DNA of 64,000 nucleotides from Pelagomonas calceolata (lineage: Eukaryota), in assembly GCA_918797485.1 (NCBI GenBank), contig CAKKNE010000001.1, positions 3,038,001 to 3,102,000 on the forward strand, written 5' to 3'. Below the pieces are notes generated by a model. The model was not told the origin of the DNA and made no database searches. It saw only the letters and a list, made by a program, of their open reading frames with translations. Numbering within the stretch: the stretch's first letter is position 1; the number at the start of each line of letters is the position of its first letter. This document shows, piece by piece, positions 46,824-55,694 of the stretch. The position numbers and the translations under genes were made by a program.

Positions 46824-47666
46824 ATGGAGGTCTTCGTCGTGCATTACGACAAGTTGGAGGTTGGCAGGAACCACTGCTACGCAACCGACGCCGAGGTGGT
46901 TGGTGTGTTCCTGCAGCTCTGCAACGCGATCCGGCGCGCAAGGGAGAAGGCTGTCGAGATCCGAGAACGTTTCGACTACTTTGCGGAAAGCGAGAACCCT
47001 CTCAACAATACCGACGAAAATAATTTTTGGTGGGACGGGACACGGCCCGACGATGTGGGACGCACCATCGAGGACAGGGTCTACGTTCGCCAGTACCCCA
47101 CCAGGGACCAATTGCCCACCAGGGACATGACCTTCGAAGCCGCCGAGCCGTTCCTGGCCGCGATGAAGCAAGGCGAGCTCGTGGCTGCCATTGGCAGAGC
47201 TTGGGACCAATCTCCGGCGTTGCGCAGCCAGTTGGAGGCCGCGACGGCGGACACGTGGAGCCGGGCAGCCGACCAGCGCAAGATGCTGGCGCACAATTGG
47301 GAGGAGGACCCGAAGCCGCGATACGGCGAGACGGGTCCCATTCGTTTCAAGGACGCCCCTGCTACTGTGAACGTCGGTAACTTGTGGCACGGGATGTCGA
47401 TGGCGGGAGTCAACGACTTGCTTGATGGGGGGGACTTAGTATGGGAAGACGAAGACGGCGAGGAGGGCGGCTGCGACGAATGCGGCGCGCCCGGCTCGAC
47501 GTGCACGGTGATTCTCGAAGCGAACCGCAAGGGCACCCTGCGGCTCGTCGCCGAAACTCAGATCATGTGCTACTGCAATTCCGATTCCGCCGAGGTCGCT
47601 TGCACCGACCGCGCCACGTTCCGGATCGCGGCGCCGGCGCGGAAGACTAAGCGGAAGGCTAGGTAG
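46824..47666 (+). CDS. Hypothetical protein with a Cys-containing C-terminal region and basic tail
   Basis: Coding-like ORF from aaaATGG; no recognised domain. Confidence 0.55.
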   Translation: MEVFVVHYDKLEVGRNHCYATDAEVVGVFLQLCNAIRRAREKAVEIRERFDYFAESENPLNNTDENNFWWDGTRPDDVGRTIEDRVYVRQYPTRDQLPTRDMTFEAAEPFLAAMKQGELVAAIGRAWDQSPALRSQLEAATADTWSRAADQRKMLAHNWEEDPKPRYGETGPIRFKDAPATVNVGNLWHGMSMAGVNDLLDGGDLVWEDEDGEEGGCDECGAPGSTCTVILEANRKGTLRLVAETQIMCYCNSDSAEVACTDRATFRIAAPARKTKRKAR

Positions 47667-47806
47667 GAGAGGTCCCGGCCTCGCGTGTAAGTCTCGTCGT
47701 GTCTTTTTTTTTTTTTGAATAATTATTATCGGTTGGATCTTCAGTGCTCAGCACTTCGCCCTTAGACAGCTGCCCCAAAGCACATTAAACGAGCGCAAAC
47801 ATCACC

Positions 47807-48442
47807 ATGGCAGCCCGTCGTGCCCTTCTTGACCTGCTTGAACGCGCCGTACAGCTTCTGCGCGAAGGAACGACGCCGGGCTGCACCAACCTCACGAAGC
47901 CCGAGCTGCGCGAATTAGCGGCGACGGCACGAGCGCTCGCGGCGGGCGCTGAGGCCGAAATCGAGGTGACTACCTTGCAGCAGCGCGTCCTCAACTACTA
48001 CACGATCCACGGCACGAGCTACGAAGGCTGCAACATGAACGACGTCGCCGCGAGCCTCGGCATCGACCTGGCCAAAGTCCGGTCGGCGGTGGACTTCCTG
48101 GAGGACGAGGGCGAACTCTACTCGACGATCGACGAAGACCACCACAAGTTCACAATGGAGGAGGAGGAGCTCGCGGCCGCGGCGCAGCTCCCGCTCCGCG
48201 AGGAGAAGAAGGACGTGTCCCGTTGTGTGGTTTGCATGGATGCCACTGCTAACATGTCGTTTGTCCACGGGAACACGGCTCACTTGGCTACCTGCGAGGC
48301 ATGTGCGAAAAAATTCAAAAGACATAATCAGCTCGGAGCATCGGGAGCGGTCAGCCGCATATCGTCCCCGCCCGCCACTAGCATTGCTGACAGATGCCCC
48401 GTATGCCGCCAAGGTATCGAACGCATTGCCAAGCAGTTCTAG
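47807..48442 (+). CDS. RPA32 C-terminal-like winged helix fused to an MDM2-type RING finger
   Basis: VRSAVDFLEDEGELYSTIDEDHHKFT; CVVC..FVHGNTAHLATCEACAKK..CPVCRQ. Confidence 0.8.
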   Translation: MAARRALLDLLERAVQLLREGTTPGCTNLTKPELRELAATARALAAGAEAEIEVTTLQQRVLNYYTIHGTSYEGCNMNDVAASLGIDLAKVRSAVDFLEDEGELYSTIDEDHHKFTMEEEELAAAAQLPLREEKKDVSRCVVCMDATANMSFVHGNTAHLATCEACAKKFKRHNQLGASGAVSRISSPPATSIADRCPVCRQGIERIAKQF

Positions 48443-48726
48443 GAAGTTGGGAAGAAGGGGGATGGTAAGAAAGGGGCGTCACGGTCCGACGAAATCCCGT
48501 AATAAATTATTTTACACATTTTGGTAATTTCGGGGGAATGGGAAACTAGGGGGAACGCGACTCGGATGGATTTTCAGTCTCCCAGCCCCGGGGGTGCTCT
48601 GTTTTGATGCGACTCAGGTCGAATGACCTGGGGAGTGTCAAAACCGACACCCCCTACTCTCTCCACCACAAGGCCACCGCCGAGTAGATACATACGCTTA
48701 AGAAACCCTCCCCCTATAATAGTAGA

Positions 48727-49890
48727 CTAGCACGCCCCCGCGACGTACGCCGCGTGCGCCTTCTCGAGCTTGGCCAGCGTCTCCTCGAGCAACGCCTTAT
48801 TGGAGTCCCGCACAGCTAAAGTTAACTCAAGGTGCGTCTCGTCCTTGACGAAGCCCACGGCTTTCAGTAAAGCAATCCCACCAACTAAACCAGAGACACG
48901 TTTCTTGAACGCCGCATTGTCCAACGGTATCTTTCTATATTTTTCGTCCTGGTCTCCTTTGTTGATTGCGTTCCGTAAATACGCCCCTAGCGTCTTCAAA
49001 CACGTGCCGCCGTCGCCGGCCGTCTTGTACTTTTGAATTGTACCGATAGCCTTGTCGACTTGTTCTGGAGGAGGCAGATCTATTTTCTTCGGTGGTGCAG
49101 GAGCAGGAGCAGGCTCATCAGTCGTAGGACAGGCGTCGTTCCGCCGGTCGTCGTTCTGATCTATGGAAGGATTGTAGCCGTCGACGCCCAACTTGCCCGC
49201 GAGCCGACCGCCGCGCGCCCTTCTCTCCGCTTTATCTTTGGCGATCTCCGCCCGCAACCGCTCCCGCTCCTTCTTCTCGGCAGCTTTCTCCCGCTTGATG
49301 CGGTCGATCTCCCTTAATCTTTGAGCCTTGGCGAGCTGCTCCTTCGTCTTGATCGACTCCTGGCCCTGCTCTCTACGTTTCTTCTCTCTATCAATATCTT
49401 CTACTTTTTCCAACCCTTCCCTTTCAGCGCGACGCTGCGCCGCCAAGGCTTTCAGCTCCGCGACCTTCTGTTTTTTTCCTTCTTCGGTCAGAGGCTTTTT
49501 TACTTCTGTGGTCTCCTCGAACTGGGTTCGGCCCGTTCGCTCCGCGTAGGCCTGGGCCTCCATGGCGTTGCGGAACAGCCTTCCGGTCTCGACGCATTTT
49601 ATGGATTTCGCGACTTGGACCGGGCCGCTCGACGCGAGTGTTTGCCCTTTTGGCACCTTCTTGATGGGCTCGTCGATGTCCCCGTCGTTCTCATGGGACA
49701 GTAACCAGTCCAGGGCGCTTTCCACGTTCTTGCTGCCGGCCATCAAGGCCTTTCTCGCGCGGAGCTCGGGGAAGCCCATGGACTTGACGTCCTCCAAGAG
49801 CTTCTCGTCGACCATCGGCAGGACGAGTTCCTCGTCTTGGGGTGCCGGCGGCGGCGCGTCGGCCATGGTCACGTCGGTGTCCTCGGCCAT
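48727..49890 (-). CDS. UBA + coiled-coil + PUB domain protein (p97/Cdc48 cofactor-like)
   Basis: MGF..RARKAL..ALDWL (UBA); EKYRKI.LDNAAF..V..L.AVGF (PUB). Confidence 0.85.
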   Translation of the reverse strand: MAEDTDVTMADAPPPAPQDEELVLPMVDEKLLEDVKSMGFPELRARKALMAGSKNVESALDWLLSHENDGDIDEPIKKVPKGQTLASSGPVQVAKSIKCVETGRLFRNAMEAQAYAERTGRTQFEETTEVKKPLTEEGKKQKVAELKALAAQRRAEREGLEKVEDIDREKKRREQGQESIKTKEQLAKAQRLREIDRIKREKAAEKKERERLRAEIAKDKAERRARGGRLAGKLGVDGYNPSIDQNDDRRNDACPTTDEPAPAPAPPKKIDLPPPEQVDKAIGTIQKYKTAGDGGTCLKTLGAYLRNAINKGDQDEKYRKIPLDNAAFKKRVSGLVGGIALLKAVGFVKDETHLELTLAVRDSNKALLEETLAKLEKAHAAYVAGAC

Positions 49891-50180
49891 GACTGCTGCG
49901 CGCGAGTAAGACTCCTGTGCCTCTGGCAGTGACCTAGTCACTGGCTCGGCGACGGCGTGAAGGCGCACTGCTTCGCAGCGCTGCTGTGCTTAACGTCCAG
50001 TGCTGGATCTATGCGTCAGATCGCGAAACTTTGCTCTCACCTGGCAGAGCTGCGGCCCGCGTTTTTGAGAGGTCTTTGAGAGTGCTAGTGTGTCTCTCGA
50101 TACGCTAGGATTATCGAAGGCAGAGCCATCAATCTGGACTATATACGCGCAGGGTAGACCACCAAGGCAAACTTGAAGCT

Positions 50181-50855
50181 ATGTACAAGCTCTTGCTTAT
50201 TGCAGCCAGTGCGACGGCTCTGCAGCCTAGGCCGCAGAAGACCCTGGAGGCGCTGAAAACGAGCCGGCGTGACCTGCTGGGCTTAACAACCATCTTGGTC
50301 GCGCCGGCAGCGCATGCCGCGACGTCCGAGGAGCTCAAGGCCATGATGGGCGGCCTCCAGTCCGAACTGTCGGACGAAAATCTGGCAAAGGCCCGCGGCG
50401 TCGCGCAAAAGGACGACGGCGGCGGCTTCGGCATCGAGCTGCCGTCGGTCAAGGCCCCGAGCTTCGCGCCGAAGGAGGGCAAGCCCAAGCCCAAGCCCAA
50501 GGCGAAGCAGGCGGCGAGCGGCGGCGCCGCGCCGGAGGTGCAGAGAATCGAGGTGCCCGACGTCGCCGGCGGTTTTGGGGATTTCGGCGCGGCCCAGCGC
50601 GAGGCGGGCCGCAAGCGTGCCGAGGCCATGCGGAACCGCGCCTTCTCGCCGGAGCGGGAGAAGGAGGAGATGAAGCCGGCGCCGGCGGACTCGTCGGAGG
50701 TCGCCAGCGGCGCAGTCTACGACGAGCTCCGCGCGAAGCGCGAGGCGCAGCGCGCGGCCATGGAGGCGCGCGAGGAGCAGCGCAAGTTCAACCGCCTCAC
50801 GCCGGCCGAGCAGGCCAAGTACCGCGCCGCGGGCAAGGCGCCCAAGGGCAAGTGA
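50181..50855 (+). CDS. Probable plastid/thylakoid-lumen protein of unknown function
   Basis: Signal peptide ending ATA-L, then SRR + hydrophobic stretch + AHA (Tat-like). Confidence 0.65.
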   Translation: MYKLLLIAASATALQPRPQKTLEALKTSRRDLLGLTTILVAPAAHAATSEELKAMMGGLQSELSDENLAKARGVAQKDDGGGFGIELPSVKAPSFAPKEGKPKPKPKAKQAASGGAAPEVQRIEVPDVAGGFGDFGAAQREAGRKRAEAMRNRAFSPEREKEEMKPAPADSSEVASGAVYDELRAKREAQRAAMEAREEQRKFNRLTPAEQAKYRAAGKAPKGK

Positions 50856-50890
50856 GCCCCTCTTGACGTATTGCGCTCCTAACTAGCGCC

Positions 50891-52235
50891 TTACCATTGC
50901 TCCCCGACCCTCTCGTCGCCCCTGGCCCGGCCCCGTTTCGGCGCGCGCCGCATGAACCGCCGCGGCGAGAACGGGTCGAGCGAGGGGATAGCCTTGACGC
51001 GGCCGTCCGCTAGGAGCTCGCTGATCAGCAGCCCCGTCACAGGCGCCCAAAGGATGCCCCAGCAGTTGTGGCCGTAGGCGCAGACGACGTTCGCCGTGCC
51101 GGGGACGAGCCCGAGCACGGGCATCGCGTCCGGCGCGCACGGGCGCATGCAGGCCTGCTCGATTTTTGGAGTCTGCCCGCGCGCGAAGGGCGCCATGCCC
51201 TGGAAAGAAGCCACGGCGGCGGCGACACCTGTGTGGAGGACGCGTCGAGCGTCGTCGCGGCGACGGCAGGGCGCCATCGACACGATTCAGACACGGCTAC
51301 CGACGGTCCGGGTTCGCCTTCATCAGCGACGCGTCCTGGAGGTCCCCACCTTCGCGCAGCCGCGCTCCTCGCACGTGGTCCGAGCCGCCGATGCCGCACA
51401 GGTACACGCTCCCGTCGACGCGCGGGTACACCTCCAAATGACAACTGTTCGAGTCCTCGGCGCAGAAGAGAGCGCAGGGTTCTGCGGCGACCTCCGGCGA
51501 GCCCTCGAAGACAATCGACGACGAGTATACGCCCTCCAGCGGCACGGAGAGCCCTGTCTCGGCGCCGATCCAGTCCTCGAGTAGTACACTCCATGCGCCC
51601 ATGGCGCACACAACCGCGTCGCAAGGGACCGTTGTGCCGTCCACGTTTACACCGGTACAGGCGTCGCCGTCCATCTCGAGGCCGCTCGCGCGCCCCTCCA
51701 CCAATTTGGCGCCGCTCGCCGCAAACAGGGCCTCGCAGAGCTCCTTTGGCACGACCTGGGCCGTGTCCGGGTCCATGAGCTTGGCGCCCGTGTCCTCCTT
51801 GTCGAGCCACGCCGGCGCGTCGGGCGAGAACGGCGCCTTCGCGGGCTTGTCGGCCGGCGGCCAGCCCCGCAGGCCGAGCTCGCCCGTCACAGATAACGTC
51901 TTGATCTTGCGGTAGGTCTTGAGGTTGAGCGTCTTCGCCAGCTCGGCGTGGAGGTCGAACGACACCTCGTGCAAAGGCCTCGTCGGCCCGGAGCCCCAGC
52001 CGCGGGCGAGGAAGCCACCACCTTTGCCGCTCGCTGCCGCCGCTACAGAAGTTCGCTCCACAATCGTCACGTCCTGGAAGCCGCGCTGCTTGAGGTAGTA
52101 GGCCGACGCGCAGCCCTGCAAGCCGCCGCCCAGGATGACCACCTTGCCTGAGGGCTGCAGCGGCAGGCCGCGCGCTGCCATTGAAAGCGCCGCCGTTTTC
52201 ACGAGCAGGGCCGCCGCAGCGACTGCGACGCGCAT
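50891..52235 (-). CDS. FAD-dependent oxidoreductase (DAO/glycine oxidase family); exons 52235-51305 and 51228-50891
   Basis: VVILGGGLQG, ASGKGGGFL, CMRP..PD..P.LG and GHNCWGILWAPVTG motifs. Confidence 0.88.
51229..51304 (-). mobile_element. Intron (GT-AG, 76 nt), family C
   Basis: Restores ANPDR-VAAAV. Shares blocks with intron 24352-24457. Confidence 0.7.
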
Positions 52236-52464
52236 CAATTTCTTAGCTCTCGCGCTCGTGCGCGCCGCAGCTCACTCAGAGAGCTGCTTGCGGGGGAGAG
52301 CAGCTCTCACAACTGAAAGCGATCGCATGCCAGGAGGCGGTTTTTATCAACTGGACGCGTAACATTAATGAACACGCGTTGAATTAGCCGACTGACCGCA
52401 TTCGTAACACACCGCTGGTTGAGACAGTGACAGCGTGCTGCACACCACTGCACAGGCCGGCGGT

Positions 52465-54435
52465 ATGCGCGCGCGTGGTGCATTGCTTGCGCTGGTCGGG
52501 CATTTGCTGGCGGAGGCGCTGTTACGCGCGCCGGTTCAGGCTCCCCAGCCGCTCGCGTCGCGAGAGCCGCCACTCGTCGACGAGCCACCATTCGTCGACG
52601 GTGTCGAGGCGTGGCTTCGCACACGCGGCATCGACTACAACGCGGCGGCGCGCGGCCGCCGCGAGACCACGCTCGTCCTCGGCGATAATAACTTGCGCCT
52701 CCGGCTCCTGCCGACGCCACGTTCGCCCGAGGACTGCCTCGACCCCGGCTCGTCGGCCCGCCTCACGGACGCCGCCGAGGCCGAGGGCTCCTCGATAATT
52801 CATCTCCACGAGGACACGTGGCGACAAAGAGGAGACATCGTGCGCGACCGGCTGCTGAATCGCGTCCAAGCGACGCAGCGCGTCTACGCGCGGAAGACGA
52901 CGGCGCGCTCGATCGCCGCCGAGGAGGCGATAGCCTTCCTCGACGCACACCATCTGTGGGGCCCGACGAACGCCAAGTACGCCTACGGTCTCTTCCTCCA
53001 GGACGATTTAATAGCTGTGGCGACGTTTACGAAGCGGAAGCTCGTGAAGCGCGGCCGTGGGTCAAAGAGGCGGACGCACGAGCTCCTGCGGTTCTGCGCG
53101 CGGCGGGACATGCGGGTGGTCGGCGGCATCACAAAATTGCTGTCGGCCTTCAAGAAGGACCGGGACGTCGACGACATCGTGACGAACATTGACCGGGACT
53201 GGGGCGGCGGCGCGGGCTGGCGGGCCATCGGGTTCGAGACCGTGGAAATCATGCCGCCGCTGCCGATGGCCATCGACGCGAACGAGGGCCGGCGTCGCTT
53301 CCTCTGCGGCCGCTCTGTTGGGATTCATCGGCCAGGTCTACCGGACGACCTCGTGGCTGAACTCGCCGCGTCGGCCGACGGAGCGACAGAGCGGGTCGCG
53401 GCGCGAGGTTTGAACTTAATTCACGACTCCGGCGTCGAGCGGCTGTTGCTCAAGGTCTCCGAGAGCCAGGAGAGCTGTGAGGACCTCTGGACAACCCAGC
53501 GCCCGCGGAAGAACGGCTACTACGGCCCTACGGCGCTCCCGGGCATTGCGGCGCTCCTCGATGATGCGAGACGCTTCCCGCCCGGCGACGACGAGAGCCA
53601 CGACGTAGCTGCGTGGTTCAGAGCCGCAGGCTCGCACAGCGACGCGCGCGTGCTCGCGTCGCAGGCTAGTGACTTTGGTAATAGCACAGTCGAGCTTCGA
53701 GAGAGGAATGGCGGATGGCGCACGCTCGGGCTAAACTGCGACGACGGGCGGAATATCTACCACGGCATATACAACGCCGACGACCCGACGCTCCTCCTCG
53801 CGGAGCACCTGCGGACGGCGGCGGCCCTCTTCGTCGCGGCGCTACCGATTGATCGCCCGCTTCGTTTTCTGCATTTGGGCCACGGCGCTGGGGTGCTGCA
53901 GCGCTACCTCCAGGCGGTCCTGCCGGGCTCCGACCACGTGTCCGTTGACCTCGACGGCGCCGTCCTGGACGTTTCCGCGTTCGAGGCGCCGCACGCGGGC
54001 CGCGCCGTTCGAGGAGACGCGTTAGATTACGTGCTACGCTCCGAAGAGACCTACGACGCGATTTTCGTGGACATCTTCGACGAACAAAACGTCTGCCCGG
54101 CGGCGTTCTCGGGGGCGATCTTCCTGGACGCTGCCGCGTCTAGGCTGGCGGATGACGGCGTGCTGATCCACAACCTCCATATCGGTGGCAAGAAGCGCGA
54201 CGCCGCGGTCGCGCGAGCCGAGGACGCTCTGGCGAGGCACTTCCACGCGGCTTATCGCGCCGACTCGGTCGACTCATCGCCCACGGGCGGCAACGCGCTC
54301 CTCGTGGGCGCGAAGCGGGCGCTCGGACGCGCGCGGATCCACGAGAACGCGACGCGCGCGGGCTTAAAATTTGACGCGGGGACGCGGGTTCGGCGACTGG
54401 TGCGGTTGTGCTGCAACGACGATGTTTGTACGTGA
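52465..54435 (+). CDS. Signal-peptide protein with a Hef/Mom-like (GNAT-fold) domain fused to a spermidine-synthase-like SAM methyltransferase
   Basis: IIHLHED.W..IV..RL, YARK, FL..HHL.G, YGLF..LIAVATF, ELLRFC..VVGGITKLL and D.DW..GF; C-terminal LHLGHGAG, VDLD, GDA and YDAIFVD. Confidence 0.7.
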   Translation: MRARGALLALVGHLLAEALLRAPVQAPQPLASREPPLVDEPPFVDGVEAWLRTRGIDYNAAARGRRETTLVLGDNNLRLRLLPTPRSPEDCLDPGSSARLTDAAEAEGSSIIHLHEDTWRQRGDIVRDRLLNRVQATQRVYARKTTARSIAAEEAIAFLDAHHLWGPTNAKYAYGLFLQDDLIAVATFTKRKLVKRGRGSKRRTHELLRFCARRDMRVVGGITKLLSAFKKDRDVDDIVTNIDRDWGGGAGWRAIGFETVEIMPPLPMAIDANEGRRRFLCGRSVGIHRPGLPDDLVAELAASADGATERVAARGLNLIHDSGVERLLLKVSESQESCEDLWTTQRPRKNGYYGPTALPGIAALLDDARRFPPGDDESHDVAAWFRAAGSHSDARVLASQASDFGNSTVELRERNGGWRTLGLNCDDGRNIYHGIYNADDPTLLLAEHLRTAAALFVAALPIDRPLRFLHLGHGAGVLQRYLQAVLPGSDHVSVDLDGAVLDVSAFEAPHAGRAVRGDALDYVLRSEETYDAIFVDIFDEQNVCPAAFSGAIFLDAAASRLADDGVLIHNLHIGGKKRDAAVARAEDALARHFHAAYRADSVDSSPTGGNALLVGAKRALGRARIHENATRAGLKFDAGTRVRRLVRLCCNDDVCT

Positions 54436-54594
54436 TAAATTTTGTAGACAGAGGCATCTGGTAGGTTTTAGCGTTTGGGCCGCTAGTGTCTTACCGGCCG
54501 CTAGCAAGACTCGAGTGCCGAGCTCAAAAGCGGGACTACAGGGCTAGACCCGTGCGAGTGCAAGGTTTTGCACGTTTGCGGCATTGCTGCAGCC

Positions 54595-55671
54595 ATGCGT
54601 AACCAACACCGTGTATATCAAGCCACGGCGCGCCCCAACACCAAGCTGCCGCTGAAAACCCTGCTCACGAGCCACCTCCACCTCGTGATAGCGGCAGCCG
54701 TAGAGAGCTACACGCTGGTCACGCGCACGACGCTGCCGTTCGCCGTATCCCTCGTAGTCAAAGCCTGTTGGCTCTGGGAGTTCCACTTGAGAGCAGAAGA
54801 GGCGACCTTCGGTGCCCGCATCCTCATACAATGGTGCTACCACCTGGCCGTCGCCTTCGCCCTGTTGCCGGCGACGGGCGCTGCCATTAAATTGGCAGGA
54901 GGCTTCACGAACACGACGCCCTTCGCCGACGCCATCGCGAAGGTCACGTCGCTCGACGGCTACGTGGCGCTGGCGTCCGCGGTGCGCGGCGGCGACTGGG
55001 CCTTCCGCGCGCTGCGGGCCCAGAACACAACTGATACGAAGTGGGGCGTGTTCCTGGCTGTGTGTGCTGGAATCGAGGTGTCCGCTTTGAGAAAATGTAG
55101 GGAGCGCGCGATAGATGTGGCATGCGACGTGCCGCCGCTTCCCGTCGGTCCGCTCAAGCGGTTGCGCATGCTGCGACGGCATTTAAAAAATGAGGCCATC
55201 GCACCACCCTCGACGTGCGACGCCCAGACGGACGTCGCGACGATCGCTTGCATCGCTGGCGTTATTGCTTTGATAGATGGAATAGCGCGCTTCGTCCGGA
55301 GCGGCCGTGGCGCGCCGCGCCGCGCGACGCATCTCATGGTGCGCGTCGCCGCGAACCCGCTTTTACCTTTTTTGGGCGTGGCGGCGCGCTGGCTCGACGC
55401 CGACGTCGTGCGGCCGTTTTCAATATTACGAGTTGCCGTCGGCCTCGATGCGCTACGCTCAGCTGCCGCCGCGGCGTGGCGCGGCGACGCAGGGGGCGCG
55501 GTCGAGCCGCCGCAGCCCTCGACGCCGCCGCCCTCGCCCCAGCGGCGGCGGACCACCGAAGATCGAATCCTCCACGGAGTCGACGCTCACCATCGGTCCT
55601 CGGCGGGCGGTATTTATGGCGACGTCGGGCGGTCGCCGCCGCGGTCCCCGCGGCGGAAGCTCGTCCTCTAG
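54595..55671 (+). CDS. Hypothetical membrane protein
   Basis: Long ORF with several hydrophobic segments. Confidence 0.55.
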   Translation: MRNQHRVYQATARPNTKLPLKTLLTSHLHLVIAAAVESYTLVTRTTLPFAVSLVVKACWLWEFHLRAEEATFGARILIQWCYHLAVAFALLPATGAAIKLAGGFTNTTPFADAIAKVTSLDGYVALASAVRGGDWAFRALRAQNTTDTKWGVFLAVCAGIEVSALRKCRERAIDVACDVPPLPVGPLKRLRMLRRHLKNEAIAPPSTCDAQTDVATIACIAGVIALIDGIARFVRSGRGAPRRATHLMVRVAANPLLPFLGVAARWLDADVVRPFSILRVAVGLDALRSAAAAAWRGDAGGAVEPPQPSTPPPSPQRRRTTEDRILHGVDAHHRSSAGGIYGDVGRSPPRSPRRKLVL

Positions 55672-55694
55672 TAGGGTATCTAATTTTGTCACAA

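Noticed and set aside
48443..48726. G-rich intergenic stretch with a small hairpin (gtgtc...gacac, about 48630-48655) as a possible ncRNA or transposon end
   Set aside because: Single copy, weak structure and no recognisable family features.
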